From Octopus sinensis (lineage: Eukaryota): a stretch of 64,000 bases of DNA. This document shows, piece after piece, positions 1 through 13,628 of the stretch (position 1 is its first letter; every line of letters begins with the position of its first letter). The stretch covers positions 5,704,001 through 5,768,000 of the forward strand of contig NC_043015.1 in the NCBI RefSeq assembly GCF_006345805.1, written 5' to 3'. Made by a program: the position numbers and the translations under genes. Under the pieces are notes generated by a model. It worked only from the letters and a program-made list of their open reading frames with translations. It had not been told where the DNA came from and searched no databases.

Positions 1-393
1 TCAGAGGTCTTCCAATAAGGATTATGCTCCACATTTCATATAACAAGGCAAAGCGGCCTGTCAGGGGGCCCTGGTCGAACTGGGCAAGGTGATGTGGACT
101 GTTTCCCCTCGCTTGTGAATTGAACAATCACCCTAGTGTTTTCTGTGATTTTATGCTATCTACCTTCAGATTGACTCACAATACGGCCTCTTTCAAATTT
201 GTACTGTCCCAATGCTTCTTTTCTACATGGCGTAGTTAAACAGCCACATATAGAATTTGATGCATAAAATGGTAATTAATAAAAGAAGTATATAAACCTT
301 TTCAAGTTCAAAATAAACATAAAAGGTTTTAAGGGTGGTCTATTTACTTCTGTCATATGTGTGTATACATACATATGTATATGTGTATGTCAG

Positions 394-424
<31 letters not shown>

Positions 425-426
<2 letters not shown>

Positions 427-628
427 CATTAACCACTACACACATTTTTCTCTCCTTGTTTCTCTCCTTGTTTTTTCTGTGTACCTTCCTGTAGAAGAGC
501 GTAGGCTCGAATCGTAAAAGACTTTTTCTATTCCTGAGCGTTATACTAATACATCTCTTTGTTTTGTACAACATCTGTCTTCGCCTTTTGTTTGTTTTTT
601 TTTTGTAAACTCTCCCTATATATATTAT
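425..628 (+). mobile_element. Non-coding dispersed repeat (Penelope pLTR-like), family H1, carrying a degenerate minimal hammerhead at 485-520
   Basis: Similar to 47735-47890 (+), 49385-49585 (-) and more distantly 29315-29510 (-). Flanked by (AT)n. Motif CTGTAGA-A-GAGC-gtag-GCTC-GAAT-CGTA. Confidence 0.6.
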
Positions 629-914
629 ATATATATATATATAATATATATGACTTGTTATATATTTTAACAATTTGTCTACTCCATTTTTTTAACAAAC
701 GTGGTTGGGGATACTGGAACTTCATTCCAAAGATTCTCCATACATTATATGCATGTACTACTTTCATATCTTCGCAAAATTACGACTGTAAATTCCCAGC
801 AAAATATGAAGAATCAATAATAGAAATCTCTTTTGGGAAAACTATAATTAAAGGAAGAATCCACATTCAACGTTATCACCTATATTACAATATATCTATA
901 TATATATATATATA

Positions 915-950
<36 letters not shown>

Positions 951-953
<3 letters not shown>

Positions 954-1047
954 GAAAGAATGGAGTTGAACGACGATTTAACAAAATTTTAAAAATTCCT
1001 TTATAAAGGAATTTTGTTAAATCGTCGTTCAATTCCTTTCTTTCATT
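951..1047. repeat. Fold-back inverted repeat directly after (AT)n
   Basis: aatgaaagaatggagttgaacgacgatttaacaaaatt ... aattttgttaaatcgtcgttcaattcctttctttcatt, with a central ttcctttataaaggaa palindrome. Confidence 0.85.
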
Positions 1048-2146
1048 AATTTGTATTAAAAAAACACACATTCCACACGAAAGCACGTGATCTCTGCCAT
1101 TGCATGGTAGCTTCAGCCGTGTTTTTCTGACTTAATTTGCTACCCTGGTATCGGTTAACCGAATTATCCATACTAGGATAATTCCCTCAACGACACACAC
1201 ATATATTATATATCTATATATATATAGATATAATATATATATATATATACACCCATATATATATTATATACATATAATTAACACATAAATACACACACGT
1301 CCATAGATGTGTGTGTATACGTAAGAATGTAACTGTATATACGTATACATTTTTTGAGATCCTTCTGCTGTTATGACGTGACCTATCACAGAATGAATTA
1401 CTGCAACTTCAGTTTGTCTCCATTGCAAAAGAAGCCAAATACCTATCCATTGATCTCGATGTCTACTGACATATTGCAATTCTCAACGTATTGCTTGGAT
1501 ATCAGTAGATTTTCATTTTGATCTTCGTCGTATTTCATTCTTATTTTTTTTCTGTTTTTTTTTTTTTAATATTATAACTATGTTGGCTTTGTATTTTCTA
1601 CGTACGCGAAATATTTCTACTAAAATTTAGCTTCCGATTTTTTTTTTCTTTTCCATCATCAACGCATTGCGTTCAAACAAAATTTACCTGAATAAAGACA
1701 TGTTACAACCGTTAGAAATATTCAGTATTATTTTCTGATGTATTACGTTATAATGTTTCCGCTGAAGTTTCGTATATAATTTACACCGATGGTGGAGGTG
1801 GTAGTGGTGGTGGTGATGGTGGTGGTGATGGTAGTGGTGGTGGTGGTGGTGGGTGGATTTGGTGGTGGTGGAGGGGTGACATGCCATACGAAATATTCAG
1901 ACCATATTTTGATGAAATTATGTCAGCACTCCAATTTCAGCACGCGGTATATAATAATCTGATAATTATTTTGATATTAATATTCATTAGCAGTGTATTT
2001 GTGGCTACATTAAATTAATTCCATTGCATGTACATGCATAAGTATGCCGAAATGGAAAACATATGTATGTTTACGTTTGTTTGAGTTCGTATATGTATAA
2101 ATACTTACGCACGCACACACACACGGATGATATACATATGTGCATG

Positions 2147-2185
<39 letters not shown>

Positions 2186-2191
2186 TATATA

Positions 2192-2358
2192 TAGGAGCAG
2201 GAGTGGCTGTGTGGTAAGTAGCTTGTCTACCAACCACATGTTTCCGGGTTCAGTCCCACTGCGTGGCACCTTGGGCAAGTGTCTCCTACTATAGCCTCGG
2301 GCCGACCAAAGCCTTGTGAGTGGATTTGGTAGACGGAAACTGAAAGAAGCCCGTCGTA

Positions 2359-2406
<48 letters not shown>

Positions 2407-2623
2407 TGTGTGTGTTTGTGTGTCTGTATTTGTCCCCTAGCATTGCTTGACAACCGATGCCGGTGTGTTTATGACCCCGTTACTTAGCGGTTCGGCAAAA
2501 GAGACCGATATAATAAGTACTGGGCTTACAAAATAATAAGTCCCGGGGTCGAGTTGCTCGATTAAAGGCGGTGCTCCAGCATGGCCGCAGTCAAATGACT
2601 GAAACAAGTAAAAGAGTAAAAGA

Positions 2624-2626
<3 letters not shown>
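2192..2626 (+). mobile_element. tRNA-derived SINE, family A (full length, internal AT/GT microsatellite)
   Basis: A box-like tggctgtgtggtaag and B box-like gggttcagtccc. 3' tail ...gaaacaagtaaaagagtaaaagag. Many copies in the window. Confidence 0.85.
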
Positions 2627-2669
<43 letters not shown>

Positions 2670-2689
2670 TATATATATGTAAACATTCC

Positions 2690-2880
2690 TTTTCATTCTT
2701 TCATTTTTCTATTTGTTTCAATCATTTGATTGCAGCCATGCTAGAGTACCACCTTTAGTCGAATAACACGACCGTAGGACTTATTTTTCATCTCTTTTGC
2801 TGAACCGTTATGCTACGCGGACATAAACACGCCAACATCGGTTGTCAAGTGATAGTGGAGCGACAAACTCGGACGAACAA
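2690..2880 (-). mobile_element. SINE family A, 3' fragment
   Basis: Reverse complement of the family A tail (gtttcaatcatttgattgcagccatgctagagtaccacctttagtcga). Confidence 0.7.
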
Positions 2881-2934
2881 ATATATGAGAAGCCATGAAA
2901 ACCAACGTATAGTACTGCATGTTGTTGTTATCGT

Positions 2935-3096
2935 CGTCTTCCTTGTGGTTTGTCGCAGGCTAGTTATTATACCTGCTAGCGATTCTGTAGATAGCGGATT
3001 ACTACCAGTGACCATAGGTATCCGCAAGATTTCGGCAGTCTTCCAAGTGCTAAGGAGTCTAAAGATAATCCTTGTTTTCCCTAAGTCACACACTTC

Positions 3097-3097
<1 letters not shown>
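2935..3097 (-). mobile_element. Degenerate 3' end of an R4/Dong-like non-LTR retrotransposon
   Basis: The minus strand reads ..VCDLGKTRIIFRLLST, resembling the KxxLLGTAHILRxxLS C-terminus seen in the copies at 32.1, 32.6 and 37.2 kb. Confidence 0.45.
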
Positions 3098-3147
<50 letters not shown>

Positions 3148-3245
3148 ATATTATTATATTATTATTATAGTAGTAGTAGTAGTAGGAGGAGGAGGAGGAG
3201 GAGGAGGAACAGCAGCAGCAGCCTCATCATCATCATCATCATCAA

Positions 3246-3295
<50 letters not shown>

Positions 3296-3322
3296 TATTA
3301 TTATTATTATTATTATTATTAG
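3098..3322. repeat. Compound (TAG)n/(GGA)n/(CAT)n/(ATT)n microsatellite
   Basis: Direct reading. Confidence 0.95.
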
Positions 3323-3798
3323 TATTGAGTGAGAGAGCAGTACATGCCATCAAAGTTACACTAGGGTAAAATATACGAAGCCCAGTATTCCCATCATGAC
3401 TACCCGTTTGATAAGGGTACACCAGGCACATGCATCACAACCATGTGTGCGTGACATGGTCATCTCATATCAAGATAAACAGCGCGTGATCTTGCAGGTG
3501 GGGCCCAGTTAGAAGTTTTTTTTCTGATCGAGTGGCCAATCTCGCTCAAAAGATCCCTGGATAAGGACTGTTTAAGGATGCTATACGAACCATCCATGTT
3601 TCCAAGAATTCCAGACTTCCAAGAATTCCTTTCAACACACGGCTATGATGTTTCCCCACTACTTCTGCTCATGATCAGAGATGCACATATCGTCAGCCAT
3701 TAAGGGACATGGTCAACTGGTTAGGGTCAAACAACTAACAAGCTAATCTCTGGTATTGAGCAGAATATTTGCTGTAGCACATCTTTTATGCCAAGACT
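3322..3798 (-). mobile_element. Probable non-LTR/SINE 3' segment with (TAA)n tail
   Basis: Complex sequence embedded in ATT repeats on both sides. The minus strand ends ...ctctctcactcaatactaataataat. Confidence 0.45.
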
Positions 3799-3799
3799 A

Positions 3800-3805
3800 T
3801 TGTTG

Positions 3806-3850
<45 letters not shown>

Positions 3851-4079
3851 TATTATTATTATTATTATTATTTATTATTATTAATATTATTATTATTAGT
3901 AGTAGTATTATTATTAGTAGTAGTAGTATTAGTATTATTATTATTATTATTATTATCAGTATTATTATTATTATCATTATTATTATTATTATCATTATTA
4001 TTATTATTATTATACTTTTATTGTGTATTACTGTTATTATATTATTGTTATTATTGTTATTATTATTATTAGTAGTATT

Positions 4080-4116
<37 letters not shown>

Positions 4117-4177
4117 TATTATTATTATTATTATTATCATCATTATCATATTATATTATTATTATTATTATTATTAA

Positions 4178-4208
<31 letters not shown>
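3800..4208. repeat. (ATT)n microsatellite
   Basis: Direct reading. Confidence 0.95.
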
Positions 4209-4379
4209 GTGCTGGCGGTATAGTTAGAACATCGAAGAAAATGCTTAATGTTATTTCTTCCGGCATTTGATTTTTCTTGTGGACGTTAAAATGCAATATT
4301 AATTAAACTCTGTGGTAGATCTTGAGCAGATAAGAGGAAGGAAGCCTTGACATTCCGCCTTTAGCCCTGAACTTCTTTG

Positions 4380-4800
4380 CCGTTGATAGATGCGTTTCTG
4401 GTTAACGTCACCTTGATTACTACGGGCAACTTATTTATTTTGCATATGTTTCTGTTTCCATCTACCAGCCAATTGTTTATGCGCATTATTTTTTTCTTTG
4501 CCATGCGGTTTACGTTGTTAGCAACAACACTTGACCTGCTTCTTACAGGCTGTTCAGCCTTGATATTCTTCATGAAATCAATAGCAAATATCCTGTCCTC
4601 TTCCAAGATAGAACCGTAGCTTCTAACGCTTTCTCGTGATTTTGAACGTGATTTAGCATCCAGTCTTTAACTGTTTCAAGATATTTGGCCAGTCCAATAT
4701 TGGTGGCTTTATAAGCAATTGTAACTTGTATCGATCTGCAATCTCCTTGGGATCTGGGAGGGTAAAGACGATTCACATCTGCCTTTGGGTGGTGCATCTT
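4380..4800 (-). mobile_element. R4/Dong-clade retrotransposon internal fragment (post-RT region), degraded
   Basis: MHHPKADVNRLYPPRSQG...IGLAKYLE matches the HHPKADVxRLYLPRxxGGRGL motif of R4/Dong ORFs. Frameshifted. Confidence 0.75.
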
Positions 4801-4874
4801 ATTACAAGGCAGCAGTTTGCGTAAATTTCGCTCAGTTTTCTTTATTTGACAGATATTCTAATTTAACACGTTAT

Positions 4875-4900
4875 TACTATCACCATCACCACCATCATCG

Positions 4901-4946
<46 letters not shown>

Positions 4947-5133
4947 AATCGTCATCATCATCATCATCATCAAAATCATCATCAAAATCATCATCATCTT
5001 CATCAAAATCATTATCAAAATCATCATCGTCATCATTATCATCATCATCGTCATCAAAATCATCATCATCATCATCGTCATCAAAATCATCATCAAAATC
5101 ATCATCAAAATCATCATCATCATCGTCATCATC

Positions 5134-5183
<50 letters not shown>

Positions 5184-5198
5184 TATCGTCATTATTAT
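4875..5198. repeat. (CAT)n / CATCATCAAAAT microsatellite
   Basis: Direct reading. Confidence 0.95.
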
Positions 5199-5529
5199 TC
5201 CTGAGGTCTAAATAGCAAATGATTGATTACTCTCGGTGGGTTAATAAGTTTGACTGTGTACGACCTACGAAAATGAATCAATGACAGCGTTTTCGAATTA
5301 TTGTTAAAATGTACAGCAATATTTCAATGACTTGTAAACTACGGTCACTACTCTACCTCTATTAAAGTTTTCGAGGTGCACAACAGTTGGGAAGTATTTT
5401 TGCATTTGTATATATATATTTGTGAGTGTTTATTATAACCTACACCACTGCAATTCCCAAGAAATATATTACGACTTCAAAGGCTGTAGGCATGCTCACA
5501 TCTATCATATAGCTGATTTCGTTTTATAT

Positions 5530-5567
5530 AGAGAGAGAGACAGACAGACAGACAAATAGATAAACAG

Positions 5568-5631
<64 letters not shown>

Positions 5632-5722
5632 TGATAGATAGATAGACAGACAGACAGGCAGGCAGATAGATAGATAGACAGAGAGACAGACAGATGCATA
5701 GATATATAGATAGACAGTTAGT

Positions 5723-5801
<79 letters not shown>

Positions 5802-5976
5802 GACAGACAGACAGACAGATAGATATATATATATATAGATAGATAGATAGATATATAGATAGATAGATAGAGAGTAGTAGATAGATAGATAGATAGATAG
5901 ATAGATTAGATAGACAGACAGAAGACAGATAGATATATATATATATAGATAGATAGATAGATATATAGATAGATAG

Positions 5977-6043
<67 letters not shown>
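5530..6043. repeat. (GATA)n/(GACA)n microsatellite
   Basis: Direct reading. The tract continues at 6347-6510. Confidence 0.95.
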
Positions 6044-6045
<2 letters not shown>

Positions 6046-6346
6046 TGTTTCTTTATTAGCCATGCACACAGACGGGACAGATTACAAAGTAGAGCTTTTC
6101 TTTTTGGGGGAGAGAAAAAATGTTGGGGTAGGTTTTCGATCAAAAGGGATCGTAAAAGGGAAAGAAGAAAAATAAGGGGGGGAAAAACGATCAATAGGGA
6201 TCGTGTATCACGGTGTCATGATGTAAAGTGTAAATGGGGAACCAGATAAGGTTTACCCGTGGGAAGAAAAGACTACGGAAAAGACCGCGGTAACCTCGGC
6301 CAATAATGTTACATGTTACCACATTCGTTTGCAAGTAGTTGACCCT
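6044..6346 (-). mobile_element. L1/Tx1-clade LINE, 3' UTR-only copy inside (GATA)n
   Basis: Homologous to the 3' UTRs of the copies at 14.4-17.2 kb. Ends ...gctaataaagaaacatatctatctatc. Confidence 0.8.
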
Positions 6347-6348
6347 AT

Positions 6349-6426
<78 letters not shown>

Positions 6427-6427
6427 T

Positions 6428-6511
<84 letters not shown>

Positions 6512-7165
6512 TTTCAGTAACAAGTAACAAATAAGTACACAAAAGTAATAAACTACCCATCATGTCTGCGTATTTGAAGCAAATTCGACATTAATCAAAG
6601 AAATGTTGTAACACTAAATTTAGGAATACATTACAAACACTATATGTAAGTATACAAAATAGGTATTAGAATTTATATTTAAGTATATAGAATTTGTATC
6701 ACTTCTAGTTATACAAATTCAACTTGAAAATAAGTAACTTTGTCAAATAATATTTTATTAAAATAACATTCATTAATAAGTAAGCGATATCGACATAATA
6801 TGATGGACCTACAGAGAAGAATGGAACTTCTCTGATAACTCATATTCTCTCATGTATTTATATATATATATAGATATAAATATGTGTGCTGATTCCGTGT
6901 ATTTACATCTATATATCTAAAGCAGGTGTTTTCTACATAACAAAATAGAAAGTAGCTTCTGTCGCGTTGCCATGATTTTCAACGAGATTTAGCATCCAGT
7001 GATTAACTGTTTTATCGTGTTTCTTTTAATTGTGTCAGTTATTAGACTGCGGCCATGCTGGGGCACCACCTTAAATAAATTTCTTTTCACATATACATTG
7101 CATGGTGCATAGAAGAACTGGCACACACGGTGGCAAGCCGGAATCATTTGGTATGGAAGCTAGGA

Positions 7166-7381
7166 AGGCGGTGAGTTGGCAGAAACGTTAGCACGCCGGG
7201 CGAAATGTGCAGCCGTATTTCGTCTGCCGTTACGTTCTGAGTTCAAATTCCGCCGGGGTCGACTTTGCCTTTCATCCTTTCGGGGTCGATTAAATAAGTA
7301 CCAGTTACGCACTAGGGTCGATATAATCGGCTTAATCCCTTTGTCTGTCCTTGTTTGTCCTCTCTGTGTTTAGCCCCTTGG
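7166..7381 (+). mobile_element. tRNA-derived SINE, family B (3' end cut by the inverted repeat arm)
   Basis: aggcggtgagttggcagaaacgttagc...gagttcaaattcc...gtcgactttgcctttcatcctttcggggtcgat. Confidence 0.85.
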
Positions 7382-8309
7382 GAATTGCACTGGTATAGGT
7401 TGTAATAAATACTCACAAATATATATATATACAAATGCAAAAATATTTCCCAACTATTGTGCACCTCGGAAACTTTAATAGAGGTAGAGTAGTGACCGTA
7501 GTTTACAAGTCATTGAAATAGGTATGGATGTCAGAACTGCCAGATCACGTGATTATTGTATATACATTCATACGTACATACACACATATATGAGAACGAG
7601 AAGTTAGCTCACTCTGGTTGAGGTTTCATTTCTTAACATTTTGTTGAATCCCAGCAAACCATAGACTATTTTTAGCACGATAGTATACATGTAAATACAA
7701 CGGTTCGGTCTCCGTTGATTAATTACATTTTCTTTTGAACCATTAATTCGTTCTGCTAACAATAGTGATATGCCGACCCTCTCATACATTTACCTCCTCA
7801 GTTATTTTATTGATTGCTGTGAGGAGATGAAGAATAAGTAAAGCACGTGATGCTGGGATTAAGAATCTTTTCTTCATTACGCAACGCATATAAATAGATA
7901 TTATAAACACTTTATTAAAACATTTTTACTGTGATAAAGCCAGGTCAGTTCGTGCAAATGGTAGTACACTATGCCAGATTATCAACAGTATTTATATCAT
8001 CAAAGAGCTTCTCGCTTGTCACTCTGTATGTTCGATAAAATACATGCAGTCATTTTACTTGTGTAAAATCAATTGACTATTTACATGTCTACTATGAAAA
8101 ATGACCCAAGGCCTGAGAAAAACGTTAGAGACAAGAAAAAATCATTAAAAAAATCAATATTTATTAATAATTAGCATTTTACCTAACAGGAATTGTAATT
8201 ACTTTTTTATCTAAAAACAATAACATATAACAGAGGAGGATATCATATATTAATGAGGTTTTTCTATAATCAGAGTAACAATGTATGTAATTTATATATA
8301 TATATATAT

Positions 8310-8478
8310 ATACTAAGCAATAAAGGGTTTAGCAACGAATTGCCTTACCACATACCGAATTTAGAAATAGCAGTCAAAGAGTTTAGCTTAGAAGAAATAG
8401 CTATAACTCTTTGACTGCTATTTCTAAATTCGGTATGTGGTAAGGCAATTCGTTGCTAAACCCTTTATTGCTTAGTAT
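8310..8478. repeat. Perfect 74-bp inverted repeat (8310-8383 / 8405-8478) in an (AT)n-flanked cassette
   Basis: The arms are exact reverse complements by manual comparison. 21-nt spacer. Confidence 0.9.
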
Positions 8479-8577
8479 TACTTAAATTTTCCTCGAATGA
8501 GGCTTTTACATGCCGAGGACTACTTGGTGTAATTGATAATTATTCCAAATTAATAATTTCACCCTTCATTATTACGG

Positions 8578-8628
<51 letters not shown>

Positions 8629-8773
8629 GAAATTGTACTTTTAATGCTCGTCTGATTACTGCACTATTTGTGCATGAAATTTTATATAGCAGACACATAG
8701 ATTTTGTATACATCAAATCAATCTTATATCTCTCAGGAATGTACACATTATTGCTGCTCCTACCAAGTATATA

Positions 8774-9299
8774 TTGGGTTGTCTGGAAAGTTCGTGCTGA
8801 TTTTTATAGGAAAGAAAAAGGTCAATAAATACTTGCCATTACATTTTTAATCAACCAAATGTGAACCATTTTGTTGTACAATGCATCTCCATTTTCCTTT
8901 TAACTTGAAAATAACCCTTTTCCCAGAATTGAAGTGGTTTCATGGCAAAGAATTCATCAAGGTATCTTTTTATTTCATCCAAGGCATTGAAATATTTTCC
9001 ATTAAGACTCTTCTGCAGAGACCTAAATGTGGAAATCCAAAGGAGCAATATCTGATGAATATGGAGGGTGGGGTAACAGATCCCAGCCGAGATGCAGCAA
9101 TTTTTGTCTGGTTCCCAAAGCATCAAGTGCCGAAAATGAACTTTCTTATCTTCCATTTTAAAGGGTTACAGAATTAATACAGATTATAGGAACATAAACC
9201 TTCTTCCATGAAAAGGCGTAGTCAAATCCTATTTTATGGACTAAAATAAGTCGAAATGTAAGATACTATAAATTGGCATGAACTTTCCGGACAACCCTA
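8774..9299 (-). mobile_element. Internally deleted mariner (Tc1/mariner) DNA transposon
   Basis: TIRs ttgggttgtctggaaagttcgtgc / gcatgaactttccggacaaccc, with TA at the left flank. N-terminus MEDKKVHFRHLMLWE is fused to C-terminal remnants HPPYSSDIAPLDFH and FRSLQKSLNGKYF...FWEKG (YSPDLAP motif). Confidence 0.9.
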
Positions 9300-10821
9300 T
9301 GTAATGAAAACTGTACTTTTAATGCTGTTTAAAATAGATTCTCATCTCTTTGGTTTCATATGTAATACTGCAACACAGGACTTTGAATAAGTATTTTCTA
9401 TCATATGTTCAAATAGAGAAAGGCTTGTTGAGACCATTTTACTTTATAGGAAATTTGTGGAATAACAGCTGAAGCGCCATAGTTCTTTTAGAGAGGTAGT
9501 CTTTATTACTCGCTCCATTTCAATTATCTGCTGGTTCTTGTTCGCAATTAACTGAATATAATTTTGAGTAGGTCTTTATCTCTTTCTTTCATTCGTGTAT
9601 GAAGCCTTGAGAATATTGCATATAGTGTAGATTCACGTCTGATCTGATTAAGCCGCAAGTAAATGAATAATAAATGAATTGCCAAAATTTAGAGAATAGT
9701 CATAAATAATAGTTCAACATATCTCATAGATTCTGACATTTCGTTTCTCATATCGTATTTATAGAGACAGTGGATTATATACGATGTTAACTGCTTCAAA
9801 ATTGACCACAGCCTGATTTAAAATGTAATATTATACTGTGTTCATTAGATGTATGATATGAAATTTCTATGTGCTTTGGTAAGTAAGTGCAATGTCATAC
9901 AACTGTCTCAGCCTAAGGAAAGGTTGGCAAATTCCATTAATTGACCCTTTTCATAGAATCGCTGATAGCGCATAGATTTCGATCATCGAAATTTATAAAG
10001 CAAAATTAAAAATTATATACAATATAAAAAATTGCATTAAATCAATAAATATTTCGCTTTTTGTTTCATTACCTTTTTCAATAAGAAATATTTAAACAAA
10101 TTTCATCGATATACTTAACGAAATAAACAAAGAACAATAAACAAAACCAATCATGTTATAATCATATGGTTGGAATATTTTAATGTAAGGTAACTGTTTG
10201 GTATGTTTTAGTTTCTTTTTTTTATATTGGGCAGGAAATTAGTGAGTTTTAGCCTGAAAAGAGCACGCTCTTCTACATTGAGTTTAATAGAAAATCAGCA
10301 TTCATAAAATTCAGAAAAGCTTCATGTGTTTATCGAAAACGTGGATAGCCACGAAAGCAAAGCGGCAAAACTCAACATTTTCCCTAAAGGTTTTTTTCCT
10401 TCCTCTTGTCGTTTGTTGTCGTTTTCTGTTCGTGCATTTCCTCTCTGAATAGTGATGTCATTTGCATCTGAATTATTGCCGGCTCGTACAGGTGGCGCTA
10501 TATAACCCCATCTGATTACTGCACTATTTGTTCATGAAATTTTATGTAGCAGACATAAATTCTGTATACATCAAATCATTCTTATATCTCTCAGGAATGA
10601 ACAAATTACTGCTTATCCTACCAACAAGTGAACACTAACCACAGCGTATGTGTGTGTGACACACGTACACACATCCATAAATACTGGCACATATACATAT
10701 AAGCATGTATATGTGTGTGTGAGTGCGTGAGGGCGTGTACATCTTTGTGTATAAAGATATATAGAATATATATTTGTAGAATATAAAAAATTAAACGCAT
10801 ATACGTAGGTATTCCCTTATA

Positions 10822-11034
10822 CACTCTTTACTTGTTTTAATCATTTGACTGCAGTCATGCTGGAGCACCACCTTTATAATCGAGCAAATCGACCTCAGAG
10901 CTGCTTCTTTGTAAGCTTTGTACTTATGCTATCTCTTTTGCCGAACCGCTATGTTACGGAGCCGTAAGCACAGCAGCATCAGTTGTCAAGCGATGCTGGG
11001 TGGACGAACATACACACACACACACACACACACA

Positions 11035-11067
<33 letters not shown>

Positions 11068-11270
11068 CACATATATATATATAATATAAAATATATATAT
11101 ATATATACAAATACGACAGTCTTCTTCCAGTTTCCATCGACCAAATCTCCTCACAAGGCTTTGGTCGGCCCGTGGCTATAGTAGAAGATACTTGCCCAAT
11201 GTGCCACGCAGTTGGACTGAACCCTGGACCATATAGTTTGTAAGCAAGCTACTTACCACACAGCCACTGC
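10822..11270 (-). mobile_element. SINE family A
   Basis: Reverse complement of 2192-2626. Confidence 0.85.
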
Positions 11271-11854
11271 TACGACTATGCAAAGAAATATATATATACA
11301 TTTATGTTTGGAGTGTGTCATCGTCAAACTGTACCCGTGAAAAAAAAGACTATGCTGAGAGCAAAGCAAGCGGAATCGAAACGTTAAAATTACGGTTAGA
11401 GCATAATTACCACTTCTACCATTTACGAGCAGGAACACTCCCACTAACACCAACTCTATAGTTTTTCATTACCAAATTTATCCAGCGATTTTGGTCAAAA
11501 ATTTCTTAAAAAGTAGAATGTTATTTAACCCCAGATATTATTGAGCTGCGTGACTACCTGCAATCACGTGGTTGAGGAAAATTTTTATTAATAATTTTTA
11601 TTAATAAGGAATCCAGGCATAACTCCCCTTTTATACCTTCTCCGATAAAACGGAGTTAAGATTCATAGAGTGGAATCATTTTATGAAGTAGACATTTTGA
11701 ATGAGAATTGTCAAAACGGCAAAAATCGCTGTTAAAACACAAAATAATGTAATATCAATCTATGATTCAAATTGCATTTCATTAAATTGTCTTCACATTC
11801 CTACATCCACACTAAAAGCATAAACGCATTTTAACAATCGAAACGATATCTAAT

Positions 11855-11901
11855 TATCTGTCTATCTATATATTATCTATCTGTCAATATACATATATAA
11901 T

Positions 11902-11942
<41 letters not shown>

Positions 11943-11959
11943 TATTTATCTATCTATCT

Positions 11960-12004
<45 letters not shown>

Positions 12005-12043
12005 TTATCTATCTATCAATATACATATATAATACAATATATA

Positions 12044-12081
<38 letters not shown>

Positions 12082-12245
12082 TATATATGCAGTTCAAATT
12101 ATAGAAAAACAATGTTATGTGTGTGTGCTTGTTGTGTGTGTATTATTCATACAATACACACACACACATAATTGTGTACTCTTATACATAAACATGGGTG
12201 TTCGTGCATTTACACACACACTTATATATATTATGTATATATACT

Positions 12246-12294
<49 letters not shown>

Positions 12295-12365
12295 TTACAT
12301 ACAATATATATATATATATATACATACATACATGCAAACATATATGCAACTACATACATATATAC
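11855..12365. repeat. (AT)n-rich compound microsatellite
   Basis: Direct reading. Confidence 0.9.
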
Positions 12366-12865
12366 ACTGCGATTCACGCAACAAATCTTCTCTCACCTCA
12401 TTTATTAAATTATTCAAGGTAAAACGCGAGAGCATAATGGAAAACAAAGTTTATAATATATATCAACTCTCCAGTTATCATGATTCGTGATAATATAGGT
12501 CTGTGTAGGGAATGTGGCTGTAAGATTAATATTTATACATAAAATGGATATGACAGAAGCAATTAAATCAATAGGACCTCCCCGGCTTGCCAAGTGAATT
12601 TTCAGTTGCAATTTCCTTCCCCGTAGTGTAATTGCTCCGGAATTCTAACTAGCCGTGCATAAATCACTAATGGTATATACTAAAACTTTCCCAAATTTAA
12701 ATAATTCGATTTTCATGTAATAATAAGCGATCTTTTATCCAACTACACATGATATATTAGGTTTGACAAGTGTTAAGGGCATTAGGAAATCGAATTATTA
12801 CAATTAGGACATTTTATGAGCATTTAATATATAGGTGTCCACGCCATTTTATATATGTATATATA

Positions 12866-12869
<4 letters not shown>

Positions 12870-12898
<29 letters not shown>

Positions 12899-13003
12899 CT
12901 GAGTGTGAATATGTGTGTGTGCGTGTATGTATGCATAATACATCCATATTAATCAGTATATGTGTACTCTTGTGTATGAGCATATATATATATAATATAA
13001 TAC

Positions 13004-13074
<71 letters not shown>

Positions 13075-13227
13075 GAATACATATATACATATTATATATA
13101 TATCTATATATATATATATATATATATATACAAGAGAGAGAGAACGGGGAAACAGAAAGTGGTTAGTTAGTTATACATATGAATATACATGTGTGTATAC
13201 TAGATCTATGGGTATATATATATTTAA

Positions 13228-13261
<34 letters not shown>

Positions 13262-13540
13262 TATATACATATATACACATATATACATATATACTATATA
13301 TATAATATACATATATATATGTATATACATATATATATATATATATATAATATGTAAATACATATATGTATAACATATATATACATAATATATATATATA
13401 TAGTATATATATATAATATATATGTATATATATATGTGTGTGTGTGGTGTGTGTGTGTGTCTGAGTGTGAATATGGTGTGTGCGTGTATGTATGCATACA
13501 TACATATTAATCAGTATATGTGTACTCTTGTGTATGAGCA

Positions 13541-13571
<31 letters not shown>

Positions 13572-13584
13572 CTATATATATATA

Positions 13585-13628
<44 letters not shown>

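Larger units (their letters stand above)
5320..7520. repeat. ~142-bp inverted repeat pair (5320-5461 / 7377-7520)
   Basis: tatttcaatgacttgtaaactacggtcactactctacctctattaaag...caattcccaag is mirrored as cttgggaattgc...gtttacaagtcattgaaata. Confidence 0.9.

Noticed and set aside
790-842. ATGAAGA...GAAA flanked by ccca..aaaa/ttttggg in an (AT)n-flanked insert
   Set aside because: C3 missing and no stem II. Too degenerate to call a hammerhead.
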